Shown here piece after piece: positions 1 through 12,400 of a stretch of 64,000 nt of DNA. Origin of the DNA: Octopus vulgaris (lineage: Eukaryota); NCBI GenBank assembly GCA_951406725.2, contig OX597838.1, forward strand, positions 19,592,001 through 19,656,000, given 5' to 3'. The number at the start of each line of letters is the position of its first letter. The first letter of the stretch is position 1. A program made the position numbers and the translations under genes. The notes under the pieces are model-generated. The model did no database searches. It was not told the origin of the DNA and worked only from the letters and a program-made list of their open reading frames with translations.

Positions 1-485
1 TTCTTTCTCCTCTTCCCTTCCCTCTGTGCCACCACCAACTCCACCACCACCACCACCACCACCACCACCACCACTACCATCTCTAGCTTATCACCTCCTA
101 CTCTCTCCTATTTATCTTTCTCCATTCAAGCCTCTCTCTCTCTCTATTGTTCATACTGTTGCCGTTGTTGTTGTTGTCGTTGTTGTTGTTGGCGTCGTTG
201 TGGTTGTTGTTGTTAATCTCATTCTTTTCATTCTTCTCATTATCTCATTCCTCCTCGCGAACAACAACCCCCACCACCACCACCACCACAACAGCCACCA
301 CCACCACCACCACCAGCGATACCGCCATCACCAACAACATGTCCATGGTCTTTCTAAGCCAGAAGATCATTTTAAGTCAGTCTTCACACTCAGACAGTTT
401 CACAATGAATTCTTGTTATCAGTGAGCAGTTTCATTTTCTTCTGCATCCCCGACTATTTTCTCATCTTTTGTTCTTGTAGTTGCG

Positions 486-961
486 CATACAAACAAACAT
501 ACAAACATACATACATACATACATACATACATACATACATACATACATACATACACACACATACATACATACATACATACATACATACATACATACGTAC
601 GTACGTACGTACGTACATACATACATACATACATACATACATGCACACATACATACATACATACATACATACATACACACACGCATACATTCATACATAC
701 ATGCATACATACATGCATGCATACATACATACATACATGCATGCATACATACATACATACATACATACATGCATGCATACATGCATACATACATGCATGC
801 ATACATACATACATACATGCATGCATACATACATACATACATACATACATACATACATGCATGCATACATACATACATACATACATACATACATACATAC
901 ATACATGCATGCATGCATGCATACATACATACATACATACATACATACATACATACATACA

Positions 962-992
<31 letters not shown>
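486..992. repeat. (TACA)n/(TGCA)n tetranucleotide microsatellite
   Basis: Visible directly; produces the spurious HTYI/MYVC ORFs. Confidence 0.95.
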
Positions 993-994
<2 letters not shown>

Positions 995-1545
995 TTCTGT
1001 GTGTATGTGTTGTTTTTTGTCTTAAGTTTTTTCTGTTTTCTGTTTTTTCATCTTTCATACATTTTTTTCTGTTGTGGAAATGGCAGAAGTTCGAGAGATG
1101 GAAACACAAGACCAAGAGTGAAAGAAAAGGTGATGGTGATGGTGGTGATGGTGGTGGTGATGGTGTTGGTGGTATAGAGAGATGGCGGTAGAAAGGTTTT
1201 GCAGAAATGCTTCGAATCACTTGGCACTTTCAACCACCAATGTCCTCTCCTTTCCCCCTCTCTCTCTCTCTTTCTTTCTCTGCTTCTTCTCTTTTTTTTC
1301 TTCTCCTTTTTATAATTCGTTCCTTTTGTTGAAACAGAAGTACGAGAAATGAAGATGAGGAAAGCGAGCGAGAGAGAGAGAGAGAGAGAGAGTGAGAGTG
1401 AAAACCTGGAGACAAAGAGGTTCTTAGAAACCCCTCGAAACATTTGGCACTTACAGCCAACAATTTAATCTCTCCTCCGCCACCTTCTCTCTCTCTCTCT
1501 CTTTCACTCGTTCTCGTTCTCTCTCTCTCTCTCTTTCACTCGTTC

Positions 1546-1582
<37 letters not shown>

Positions 1583-2159
1583 TTGTGTTTCCCCTTCTCA
1601 TTCTATGTTTCTCCACCCATCCCCCTCTTCTCGAGTTAGAGTTCTTTGGCAGCAATGACACCATCTGTGTTCCATTTTAAGATTATTTCATCTTGTTTCC
1701 CTTAAAACATGGGCCTGCTTGTCTTGAGTGCTTCTTGGAGACCGAAGGGAAGGAAATAAGGGGGAAAAGATAAGGATTAAGAGAGTAGTGTGTGTGTGTG
1801 GGGGGGGTTTATGGATAGGGTGGGGGTGGGGGTTAGGGTTATGAGGATTTTTGCCTTGTTTCCTTTCCTCTCTTATTATTTCTACCAGCTTCATTTCCAC
1901 GCAGCCATCACGCAACCCCATCACCCTACGCTTCCAACTTCACTCAACACTGCAATCATCATCATCACCACTACCGTCATCATCGTCATCGTCGTCGTCG
2001 TTATCATCGTTATCATCACCACCACCACCGCCATCATCACCACCATCATCATCATCATCATCAACAGCAGTAGTAGCTCTACCAGTAACATCCACAAAAT
2101 GAACGAAACAGGTGTAGAATGAATGTTTGACACGAAAAGAAAGAGTTAGGCATCAAGGA

Positions 2160-2177
2160 CAAACAGACAGACAGATT

Positions 2178-2252
<75 letters not shown>
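2160..2252. repeat. (GATA)n microsatellite
   Basis: Visible directly. Confidence 0.95.
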
Positions 2253-2253
<1 letters not shown>

Positions 2254-2520
2254 TATCGTTGCTAGTATGTAAAGGTGTCGTAAGTCCAAAACGTTGCTTT
2301 TTCAGAAAATGAAAAGATAGTTTCACCATTCCATAGCAAAAACTACCCTTTGACAATTTTTGATAACTTGGCATCCGAAAGAGTTGGAGATAAGATAGTT
2401 TGACCAAAAGAACCGGCTATTTCAAGCAAAAATAAATATTGAAATTTTAAAAAAAAACGCATTTGGCCAAATTTGGACATACAGCAGTTTAACATAACAG
2501 CAACAATGCACACACACACA

Positions 2521-2583
<63 letters not shown>

Positions 2584-3174
2584 ACACAGGCATGCGTCTT
2601 TTTTGCACTGAAATGCTTTCAGAAGAGATGAACGGTTCCTTTATCAATTTGTTTGGTCGTAACAGATTGATGGTGTCGTTGCCACACCACGTAATGGTAA
2701 CGAGAGGAATTGATTGAAAGCAGACGATAGCTGTGAACTTAGAAATAAAAAGAACAATAAAAAAAAAATGAAAGGGAGAAGGGAGAGTTAGAGGTTGTGT
2801 GAAGGGGAGTGAGAATGTAATATAGAGGGAGAAAGGGAGATGCTGAGCAGAAGTGGTAAGAGTAAAATAGGGAGAAAAAGAGAAAAGTAATGAAATGGAG
2901 AATGGAAGGAAAAAATGTGAAGGGGAATGAAAGTATGAGATAAATTAGAATGAAAGAGAGGTGGTGGGGTGACACATGGTAAAATAAGGAACGAAAGTAA
3001 AGTGCATAATGAAAGAAGTGGTAAGAATGAAATAGAGAGGAAATAGAAAGAGAGATTATGATGAAAGAAAGAAAGCAAGAAGGGAAAAAAAAATCAGCTC
3101 GGTTTTACGGCAGTAATCTCTCTCCACCTTTTGCGAGAACTTATATAACACAATTGCAACTGTCAAAACCATCA

Positions 3175-3482
3175 GCCCCACCACCACCACCACCACCACC
3201 ATCGTCACCATCAACGCCATGACAATCACCACCACCACCACCACCACCACCACCGTCACCATCAACGCCATGGCAATCACCACCACCACCACCACCACCA
3301 CCACCACCGTCACCACCACCGTCACCATCAACGCCATGGCAATCACCACCACCACCACCACCACCGTCACCATCAACGCCATGGCAATCACCACCACCAC
3401 CACCACCACCACCACCGTCACCAATCAACGCCACCACCACCACCACCACCACCACCACCACCACCACCACCACCGCCACCAT
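3175..3482. repeat. (CCA)n tract with recurring ACCATCAACGCCATGGCAATC spacer (compound minisatellite)
   Basis: Spacer recurs about 4 times between (ACC)n runs. Confidence 0.85.
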
Positions 3483-3666
3483 TACCACGAATAGCATGAA
3501 ACAACATGACAAAAGAATTAATCAACATACGCAGCCAGTGGGAGCGGTTGTTGGTGGGGTGGAGGAAGGAAAGGAGGTGCAATTGCAAAACGTAACGGCA
3601 CAACAATAACAACAACCACAACTACAACCGGCAACAATTTGCTTGTTTTGATCTCTCATCTTTTCA

Positions 3667-3701
<35 letters not shown>

Positions 3702-4015
3702 TTACTATTACTACATCAATCGGTCCACTGTTTGAACTCTTTGTATGACTGGTTGCCGACACAAAACATCACTAAGTTTCCTCAGATTCCACGGTTTTCA
3801 TACATAAACATTTACACATGTTCTTCCTCTTGTCCATCCCCCCATCTCTCTCTCTCTCTCCCATCTCTCTCTCCCATCTCTCTCTCTCTCTCCCATCTCT
3901 CTCTCTTCCCTATCTCTCTCCCATCGCTCTCTTTCTCCCTTTCTCCCTTTCTTTCTGTTATATTTCTCTCATTCTTTGTTCTTCTCTGTCGCTCTTTCCA
4001 CTATGTGTATGTGTT

Positions 4016-4123
<108 letters not shown>

Positions 4124-4282
4124 TATGGCTGTTTGGAAATAGGTCTGCACAAAAGGGGCAAAGTAAAAGTGTACAGGAAAAGCAAAATGGCATCAAAAAA
4201 ACACAAACAGACTCAAACGTAAAATCCCTTCATCAGCTGTCGATCGGATATCACTGCTATTTCGATACATACACACACACAC

Positions 4283-4336
<54 letters not shown>

Positions 4337-4654
4337 GCGCGCGCATACACGCACACTTTGTGTTTTCCGTGATTTCATGCTAATGTATAAACTAGCGATT
4401 CCAAATCTGATGTCTGCAGACACCTGGAAGGTTCACGATAACAGTACGGAATGGAGTGGGCGCAGGTAAAGGGTTGGGGGGAGAATTCATTGAAATAAGA
4501 GAAGTCTGTGTTAGTGTAAAAGGTCGAGAACTACCGCTTATGCTTTTATGAACCGTTTTGATTGGACAACATAAGATTTCGAAATTGGGATTATTGGGGG
4601 GCTTTGAGATACTTCCAAATATTGCAATTATCGTGCGTTTTGAGTTAGTCGCTA

Positions 4655-4900
4655 AGTAGAAGAAGAGGAGGAAGAAGAAGAAGAAGAAGAAAAAGAAGAA
4701 GAAGAAGAAGAAGAACAACAACAACAACAAGAACAAGAACAAGAACAAGAAGAACAAGAAGAACAAGAAGAAGAACAAGAAGAACAAGAAGAATAAGAAA
4801 AAGAAGATGGAGGAGGAGGAGGAGGAGGAGGAGGGGAGGGGTAAGAACATAAGAATAAGAAGTGGAGGAGAAGAGAAGTGTAGCCGGAGCGGTGGAGGAA

Positions 4901-4944
<44 letters not shown>

Positions 4945-5007
4945 TAATAATAATGATAATAATAATAATAATAATAATAATGATAATAATAATAATAATA
5001 ATAATAA

Positions 5008-5038
<31 letters not shown>

Positions 5039-5062
5039 AAGAAGAAGAAGAAGAAGAAGAAG

Positions 5063-5093
<31 letters not shown>

Positions 5094-5100
5094 TGTTGTT
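4655..5100. repeat. (GAA)n/(AAT)n/(GGA)n compound microsatellite
   Basis: Visible directly. Confidence 0.9.
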
Positions 5101-5547
5101 GTTTTACACTAGTAGCCACAATAGTTACTAGTCATCGGATACCGGTGTATCTCTTGGTGCCGCAATAGTAATACACTAACTCCTTCTTTCTTACTATTGC
5201 TGATAGGTCCACAAGACACCGACTAGAACTGTCGACTCTCGACCCTCTCTTGACGACCGCCGACTGGTCTATTCATAATGGCTGGCTTTTTACTGGGAAG
5301 CTTATAGTTTCACTATATAACACTTATATCTCTACAAAACCCCCAAAATTTTTTATTTCTTTTATACAATTCCAAATATTTAATGTTTTTAAAGCATCGA
5401 ATAATTATGAGGGTCCAACCGAGTAAAATAGAAATCAAAAGGGTCCATAGATAAAAACTGCTTTGGACCACTGATATAAAGCAAAGTTAACCTCGGCATG
5501 ATTTGAACTCAAAATGCAAGGAGTAGGAAAAAATTACCGTCAAGAAT

Positions 5548-5662
5548 TCTAAGAACCTAGCGCTCCCAAGCGATCACCCATCTAAATACTCATTAGGTTC
5601 GGCATTGCTTAACTTCGCTGATCGGACGAGAACCGGTGCATTCAACATGATAATATTTTAGT
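5548..5662 (-). pseudogene. 5S rRNA pseudogene, near full length
   Basis: Minus strand reads ...CATGTTGAATGCACCGGTTCTCGTCCGATCAGCGAAGTTAAGCAATGCCGAACCTAATGAGTATTTAGATGGGTGATCGCTTGGGAGCGCTAGG, matching the metazoan 5S core including box A and box C. Both ends are diverged. A TCAAGAAT direct repeat flanks it (5540-5547, 5663-5670). Confidence 0.85.
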
Positions 5663-5699
5663 TCAAGAATCGTTTCATAACCTTGCAGATACAAGATAT

Positions 5700-6590
5700 A
5701 CGTTCTGAGTTCAAATTCCGCCGAGGTCGACTTTGTCTTTCATCCTTTCTGGGGTCGATAAAATAAGTACCAGTTACGCACTGGGATCGATATAATCGAC
5801 TTAATCCGTTTGTCTGTCCTTGTTTGTCCTCTCTGTGTTTAGCCCCTTGTGGGTAGTAAAGAAATAGGTATTTCGTCTGCCGCTAGGTTCTGAGTTCAAA
5901 TTCCGCTGAGGTCAACTTTGCCTTTCATCCTTTCTGGGGTCGATAAAATAAGTACCAGTTACGCACTGGGATCGATATAATCGACTTAATCCGTTTGTCT
6001 GTCCTTGTTTGTCCTCTCTGTGTTTAGCCCCTTGTGGGTAGTAAAGAAATAGGTATTTCGTCTGCCGCTAGGTTCTGAGTTCAAATTCCGCTGAGGTCAA
6101 CTTTGCCTTTCATCCTTTCTGGGGTCGATAAAATAAGTACCAGTTACGCACTGGGATCGATATAATCGACTTAATCCGTTTGTCTGTCCTTGTTTGTCCT
6201 CTCTGTGTTTAGCCCCTTGTGGGTAGTAAAGAAATAGGTATTTCGTCTGCCGCTAGGTTCTGAGTTCAAATTCCGCTGAGGTCAACTTTGCCTTTCATCC
6301 TTTCTGGGGTCGATAAAATAAGTACCAGTTACGCACTGGGGTCGATATAATCGACTTAATCCGTTTGTCTGTCCTTGTTTGTCCTCTCTGTGTTTAGCCC
6401 CTTGTGGGTAGTAAAGAAATAGGTATTTCGTCTGCCGCTAGGTTCTGAGTTCAAATTCCACTGAGGTCAACTTTGCCTTTCATCATTTCTGGGGTCGATA
6501 AAATAAGTACCAGTTGAACACTGGGGTTCGATGTAATCGACTTACCCACTCACCCGAAATTGCTGGCCTTGTGCCAAAATTTGAAACCAA
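5700..6590 (+). repeat. Tandem array of a SINE-derived 185-bp unit (family B): 4 full units plus terminal variant
   Basis: TTCTGAGTTCAAATTCC recurs at 5703, 5888, 6073, 6258 and 6443. Each unit has a B-box-like GAGTTCAAATTCC and the domain GCCTTTCATCCTTTC(T)GGGGTCGATAAAATAAGTACC. Confidence 0.93.
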
Positions 6591-7491
6591 TAGTCCTTCA
6601 TTGCATAGATAATTTTGGTGGATTCAAGGCTGAAGTTATAGGGACCATGAAAAAAAAAATTACACCCTACATAACTCGGTTTCATCTGGGAATGTTTAAA
6701 ATAGCTACTGTAATGTCAGAGTATTGTATGACTCAGCTCCATTTGGTGCGAACCTCAGCGAAGACGACCTTTAAAATATAGAACAGCAAGGTGCATACGA
6801 GGAGTTTGATGAACAAGATGGAGAACATGAAGCTGCTGAGACGCGTTAACAAAAGAATTCTCAATTAAAGAAGTCGAAAGCTATATTTAGAAAATTTTAA
6901 AGATGGGAAGCAGATGATGAAAGATGCAGATCCGAATTGAGAGAGAAACGAAACGACAGAGAGTGGGAGAGCGTGTCTATATCTATGTGTATGTGTTAGA
7001 GAGAGAGAGAGAGAGAGAGAGGGGGGAGAAGGAGAGAGAGGAAGAGGGAGAGAGGGAGATTGAGAGAGCGTGATGCTAGTCAGAAGGCAAGCTGAGAATG
7101 CACCCAGCTGCTGTAAAGTTATGCGCAAAGAGAAGACAAAAGAAAAATCGAAACACACATTCCTTTTAGAATATTTAAAAAAACGAAACCAGAAAAAGAA
7201 AAAAACACCAAAACGGAAAACGAAGAAAATGCATTCATTCTTCTTCTTCTTCTTTTAGCAATATACACAGATGCAAGTCAATAAACTTGAAGCTGCGTCA
7301 AATTCATTGAGTTGGTTATTTTATCAATCTCTAGTTTATCAATCTCCATGCATCGAATGGCTGAGTGAGTGGTGATTTTTGCTTGAGGGGACACGCCCGA
7401 CATATCAATTTACCACTGGTAAACTTTAACACAGATATACTGATAAGTGTGTGTGTGTATAAACATAGATAAATAGATACATATATATATA

Positions 7492-7908
7492 GGCGCAGGA
7501 GTGGCTGTGTGGTAAGTAGCTTGTTTACCAACCACATGGTTCCGGGTTCAGTCCACTGCGTGGCATCTTGGGTAAGTGTCTTCTGCTATAGCCCCGGGCC
7601 GACCAATGCCTTGTGAGTGGATTTGGTAGACGGAAACTGAAAGAAGCCTGTCGTATATATGTATATGTATATATGTATGTGTTTGTGTGTTCGTGTGTCT
7701 GTGTTTGTTCCCCTAGCATTGGCTGACAACCGATGCTGGTGTGTTTACGTCCCCGTCACTTAGCGGTTCGGCAAAAGAGACCGATAGAATAAGTACTGGG
7801 CTTACAAAGAATAAGTTCCGGAGTCGATTTGCTCGACTAAAGGTGGTGCTCCAGCATGGCCGCAGTCAAATGACTGAAACAAGTAAAAGAGTAAAAAGAG
7901 AGTAAAGA

Positions 7909-7910
<2 letters not shown>
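7492..7910 (+). mobile_element. tRNA-derived CORE-type SINE (family A), full length
   Basis: Head GGCGCAGGAGTGGCTGTGTGGTAAG...GGGTTCAGTCC (A/B boxes), CORE-like TGGCA(C/T)CTTGGG(C/T)AAGTGTCTT, internal microsatellite, tail GACTGAAACAAGTAAAAGAG; more than 10 copies in the window. Confidence 0.85.
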
Positions 7911-7972
<62 letters not shown>

Positions 7973-8003
7973 AAATGTACATACACACACACATATATAC
8001 ATT

Positions 8004-8110
8004 TATATTGCTTCGGCAGTGCATATACTAAAATTAGGGCGATACAGAGAAGATTAGCATGGCCACTGCGCAAGGATGACGCGCAAATTCGTGAAGCATT
8101 CCATAGTTTT
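8004..8110 (+). pseudogene. U6: U6 snRNA copy, probably a retropseudogene
   Basis: GCTTCGGCAGTGCATATACTAAAATTAGGGCGATACAGAGAAGATTAGCATGGCCACTGCGCAAGGATGACGCGCAAATTCGTGAAGCATTCCATAGTTTT matches U6 including the ACAGAGA box and AGC triad. About 9 substitutions versus the vertebrate sequence; upstream is microsatellite and SINE with no recognisable PSE. Confidence 0.92.
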
Positions 8111-8116
8111 AAAATA

Positions 8117-8526
8117 GGCGCAGACGTGGCTGTGTGGTAAGAAGCTTGCTTCCCAACTACTTGTTCGCGTGTTCAGTCCCACTGCGTGGCTTTTCGGGCA
8201 AGTGTCTTTTATTGTAGCCCGGTGTTAACCAAAGACTTGTGAGTGGATTTGGCAACCGGAAACTGAAAGAAGCCCGTCGTGTGTGTATATATATATATAT
8301 ATGTATATATCTATGTATGCGTGTTTTTGTGTCTCTCTTTGTCCGCCACCACCGCTTGACAACCGGTGTCGGTGTGTTTACGTACTGTAACGTAGCAGTT
8401 TGACCAAAGAGACCGAGAGAATAAGTCTAGGCTTTAAAAAAATGTCCCGGGGTCGATTTGTTCGACTAGGACGCTTCAAGGTAGTGCTCTAGCATGGCCG
8501 CTGTCACATGACTGAAACAAGTAAGA
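8117..8526 (+). mobile_element. Family A CORE-type SINE, diverged copy
   Basis: Colinear with 7492-7910. Confidence 0.85.
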
Positions 8527-8564
8527 CACACACACACACACATGCACTGTAAACATATCAGGTT

Positions 8565-8752
8565 AAGGTGGTAAGCTGGCAGCATTTCGTCTGTCTTTAC
8601 GTTCTGAGTTCAAATTCCACCGAGGTCGACTTTAACTTTCATCCTTTCGGGGTGGAGGCGATAAAATAAGTACCAGTTGATCACTGAAGTCGATCTAATC
8701 GACCTATCCCCTCCATGAAATTTCTGGCCTTGTGCCAAAAATTCGAAATCAA
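8565..8752 (+). mobile_element. Family B SINE, monomer
   Basis: AAGGTGGTAAGCTGGCAG head, TTCTGAGTTCAAATTCC, CTTTCATCCTTTCGGGG domain, GGCCTTGTGCCAAAA tail. Confidence 0.8.
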
Positions 8753-8934
8753 TGTGAATATATTAAGCTGGAAATAAAATCCCGTCACGTTTTTGGCATG
8801 ATCATTTTGAGGCTACTTTTCCAATGTTTATGTTAAAATAAGCATCAATTTTTTCTAATGTCTTTTTTCCTTTTGTCTTTGTTTGTAGACTGCTTTGTAA
8901 CATGCTCGTTAAATTTATATCGATTTTACCCTTT

Positions 8935-9490
8935 TAAAATGAACTCAGATGGATCAGATCTATGATAGGCACAGCATGCTGCTTGAATTTAAAAAGCATA
9001 TTTCAACAATGAAACGTTACCCTTTTCAAGTCTAGCCAGGCTCATGGGCCTGGCTTCCCGGTTTCTGTGGCGTATGTGTTCCCCCCATCTGGACGGGACG
9101 CCAGTCCATCGCAGCGTTACTCAAGAAACAGGAAGAGAGAGTGAGAGAAAGTTGTGGCGAAAGAGTACAACAGGGGTCACCACCACCCCCTGCCGGAGCC
9201 TCGTGGAGCTTTAAGGTGTTTTCGTTCAATAAATACACACAACGCCAGGTCTGGGAATCGAAACCGCGTTCCTCTGACCGCGAGTCCGCTGCCCTAACCA
9301 TTGGGCCATTGCGCCTCCACTCAGCAATGAAAGCTGCAAGAAATATATTTTCTGTTCGTGGAAACGAAGCTTTAAGTGTCTGAACATGTCAACGATGTCT
9401 TATCGAGTTTCGCTCGAGTAATTTTTCTCTCGCATGTTAACCTCGATCTAAACGACCAAATTCTGTGAATATTGAACAATTATAAGAGCA
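8935..9490 (+). pseudogene. mariner transposase N-terminal remnant split by a SINE
   Basis: Translates QIYDRHSMLLEFKK / AMKAARNIFSVRGNEALSV*TCQRCLIEFRSSNFSL..PRSKRP, the mariner HTH and GRP-like region, with stops. Confidence 0.6.
9012..9322 (-). mobile_element. tRNA(Arg)-like headed SINE (family C)
   Basis: Minus strand GGAGGCGCAATGGCCCAATGGTTAGGGCAGCGGACTCGCGGTC...GGTTTCGATTCC and a 3' CTGCGATGGACTGGCGTCCCGTCCAG motif. Other copies at about 19290-19483, 19797-19835 and 31495-31640. Confidence 0.8.
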
Positions 9491-9525
9491 ATTCTTTTCC
9501 CAAATAGGTTGCACTTCATATTCGA

Positions 9526-9606
9526 AGTTCCGATGAAGCTGTAAGATGTTACTCAGACACTTGACTATGAGTCCACTACATAATATAGCAGAAACAGCCG
9601 CAAGCT
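9526..9606 (+). ncRNA. Degenerate type I hammerhead ribozyme motif
   Basis: AGTT-CCGATGA-A-GCTGTA...TATAGC-A-GAAA-CAGCCG-CA-AGCT: long stem II, near-palindromic stem III, decayed cleavage triplet. Confidence 0.5.
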
Positions 9607-9664
9607 AATGTATTTCATAACATAAATCGTTTCTTCCTTTGTCATCTCATTTCCTTATATGCAT

Positions 9665-9873
9665 ACTTTTACTCTTTTACTCTCTTATTACTTGTTTCAG
9701 TCATTTTGACTGCGGCCATGCTAGAGCACCGCCTTTAGTCGAGCAAATCGACCGCAGGATTTATTCTTTGTAAGCCTAGTACTTATTCTATCGGTATATT
9801 TTGCCGAACTGCTAAGTTACGGGGACGTAAACACACTAACATCGGTTGTCAAGCGATAGTGGGGGACAAACAC

Positions 9874-9875
<2 letters not shown>
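9665..9875 (-). mobile_element. Family A SINE, 3' half
   Basis: Reverse complement of the tail of 7492-7910. A 5' half lies at 11231-11385, across the mariner element. Confidence 0.8.
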
Positions 9876-9915
<40 letters not shown>

Positions 9916-9940
9916 GTATATGTATATATTTATATGTATA

Positions 9941-10004
<64 letters not shown>

Positions 10005-10079
10005 CAAAATAAGCAACAAAAATATCCAGAAATAATGCAATACGATCGTTTCATACAACTCCATTTAATTGAACAATGC

Positions 10080-11147
10080 AATCATTACATTATTGAAAGT
10101 TTTACCATTCAAAGAATCTTGCAAACTTTGAAATAAATAGGAATCTGATGGTGCAAGGTCAGGGCAATATAGTGGATGTGAGATCACTTCCCAACCAAGC
10201 TCCAATAATTTTTCATGAGTCAGCAAAGACGTGTGTGGTCTAGCGTTGTCATGGTGGAACACGGTTCCTTTACGATTTGCCAATTCTGGCCGTTTTTCTT
10301 TTATTGCTTCTTCCAGTTTCATTAATTGTTGACAGTAAACATCTGAATTGATTTTTTGGTTCCTTGGAAGCAGCTCAAAAAGCACAACACCTTTGCAATC
10401 CCATCAAATTGACAGCATGACCTTTTTTTGGATGCAATTCAGCTTTCGATGTGGTCTGTGCTAGTTCATTACGCCTGAACCATGATCGCTTTCGATTGAT
10501 GTTATTGTAAACTATCCACTTTTCACCACCAGTGATGATTCGTTTCAAAAAAAGGGTCAATTTCATTGTGTTTGAGATTCATATCGAAAATATTGATTCG
10601 TTGTGTTAAGTGAATCTCTTTCAATTTATGCGGAACCTAAATATCGAGCCTCTTAACGAATCCAAGACATTTTAAGTGATGTTCAATTGTTGTGTGTGGT
10701 ACATTCAACCCCTCTGCAATCTTTTGCACAGTTATAAGACAATCAGATTCAATTATGGCTTCGATTATGTCGACCAGGACGTTGGTCATCTTTGAGTGAA
10801 AAATCTTCAGAACAGAATTTTTAAAACCATTTCTGACATGTGGTTTATGTTAAGCAATCAACACCATAAACTTCACATATCTCTTTGTGAGCCCCAGCAG
10901 CTTTCTTGCCTTTCTGGAAATAAAAAAAAAAGCAAAATATGGCGAAAATGTTCGTTTTTGCACTCCATGTTAAAATTGACTCTGAACTAACGGCAGTAAA
11001 CAAAATTACGCGCAATTTGCTTCTAAAGTAAGCCAAAAGTAACGGCTATCAAATGTCAACACGAAAAAGTCGTAACACTGACAAAAGTCATAAAAAAAAT
11101 CGTAACTCTCTTTGAGAAGAACAAAATTATTTTCTTGCCAACCCAAT
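10080..11147 (-). mobile_element. mariner (D,D34D) transposon with frameshifted transposase
   Basis: ORF pieces FQKGKKAAGAHKEICEVYG (HTH), FLKRIITGGEKWIVYNN, FHHDNARPH and HPLYCPDLAPSD. TIR TTGGGTTGGCAAGAAAATAA at about 11127-11146. Confidence 0.92.
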
Positions 11148-11153
11148 TTTTAC

Positions 11154-11230
<77 letters not shown>

Positions 11231-11231
<1 letters not shown>

Positions 11232-11385
11232 GACAGAATTCTTTCAATTTCCGTCTATCAAATCCACTCACAAGATCTTTGATCGGTCCGAGGCTATTGT
11301 AAAAGACACTTGCCCAAGGTGCCACTCAGTGGGACTGAACTCGGAACCATGTGGTTGGGAAGCAAGCTTCTTACCACACAGCCAC
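11231..11385 (-). mobile_element. Family A SINE, 5' half
   Basis: Reverse complement of the head and CORE region. Confidence 0.8.
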
Positions 11386-11912
11386 GTATACGAAATGTGA
11401 AGGAGACGCTGCAAGTGAAAGTAGTGAATGAAGCGTTGCTTTTTATTCCCACGTCTTCTCACATTGAGCAGACTTAGAATCAAAAGACAACCTAAGCCGT
11501 GACCACCTCATCTTCTTTTCAGATATACTGTATCAATAACTACATTATTCAGCATCTCTCTTTCTCTTTCTCTTTCTCTCTCTCTCTCTCTCTCTCTTCT
11601 CATTCTCTCTCTCTCCCTCTTCCCTTTTTAAGAAAGTAGAACATGATTTTGAGGAAGATTTGGTTGCTATTCTTTACAGGTTGAGTGACCACGTAGACAC
11701 TCTTTCTCATTTGCTCGTGGATCAACCATTAGATAATGTTCTCTTGTGTATACCAACAGGATGTTCATGGATGGAACGTCTTTTATCACAGGGCTAGTAT
11801 GTTACGAGTGTGTGTGTGCGCGCGCGCGTGTGATTGTGTGTGTGCATGTGTGTGCGTGTGTGTGAGACTGTCTTTCGTTTGCTTGACAGAGGTGAACAGT
11901 CAAACGCACACT

Positions 11913-12323
11913 TATTTCTTTATTGCCCACAAAGGGCAAAACATAGAGGGGACAAACAAAGGGATTAAGTCAATTACATCAACCCCAGTGCATAACTGGT
12001 ACTTAATTTATCGACCCTGAAAGGATGAAAGGCAAAGTCGACCTCGGCGGAATTTGAACTCAGAACGTAACGGCAGACGAAATACCTATTTCTTTACTAC
12101 CCACAAGGGGCTAAACACAGAGACGGGGACAAACAAGGACAGACAAACGGATTAAGTTGATTATATCGACTCCAGTGTGTAACTAGTACTTATTTAATCG
12201 ACCCCGAAAGGATGAAAGGCAAAGTCGACCTCGGCGGAATTTGAACTCAGAACGTAGCGGCAGACGAAATACTGCTGAGCATTTCGCCCGGCGTACTAAC
12301 GTTTCTGCCAGCTCGCCGCCTTC
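11913..12323 (-). mobile_element. Family B SINE dimer (head plus 2 units) with 14-bp TSD
   Basis: Flanked by GTCAAACGCACACT (11899-11912) and GTCAAACACACACT (12324-12337). Confidence 0.88.
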
Positions 12324-12335
12324 GTCAAACACACA

Positions 12336-12400
<65 letters not shown>

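Noticed and set aside
26-1220. Long ORFs (up to 383 aa) rich in HTYI or MYVC, and similar ORFs at 13-14, 25-26, 41-42 and 51-57 kb
   Set aside because: Translations of microsatellites that lack stop codons in several frames on both strands; no domain content.
1205-1460. TTGGCAC motifs suggesting miR-96/263 family miRNAs, and a minus-strand GTAAGT donor at 1449-1454
   Set aside because: Seed-length match only, no hairpin; the putative exon runs into (CT)n.
5700-6590. Hammerhead ribozyme within the 184-185 bp unit (retrozyme hypothesis)
   Set aside because: I found no CUGANGA-type core in register with a GAAA on either strand; GAAATA-CC-TATTTC is only a junction hairpin.
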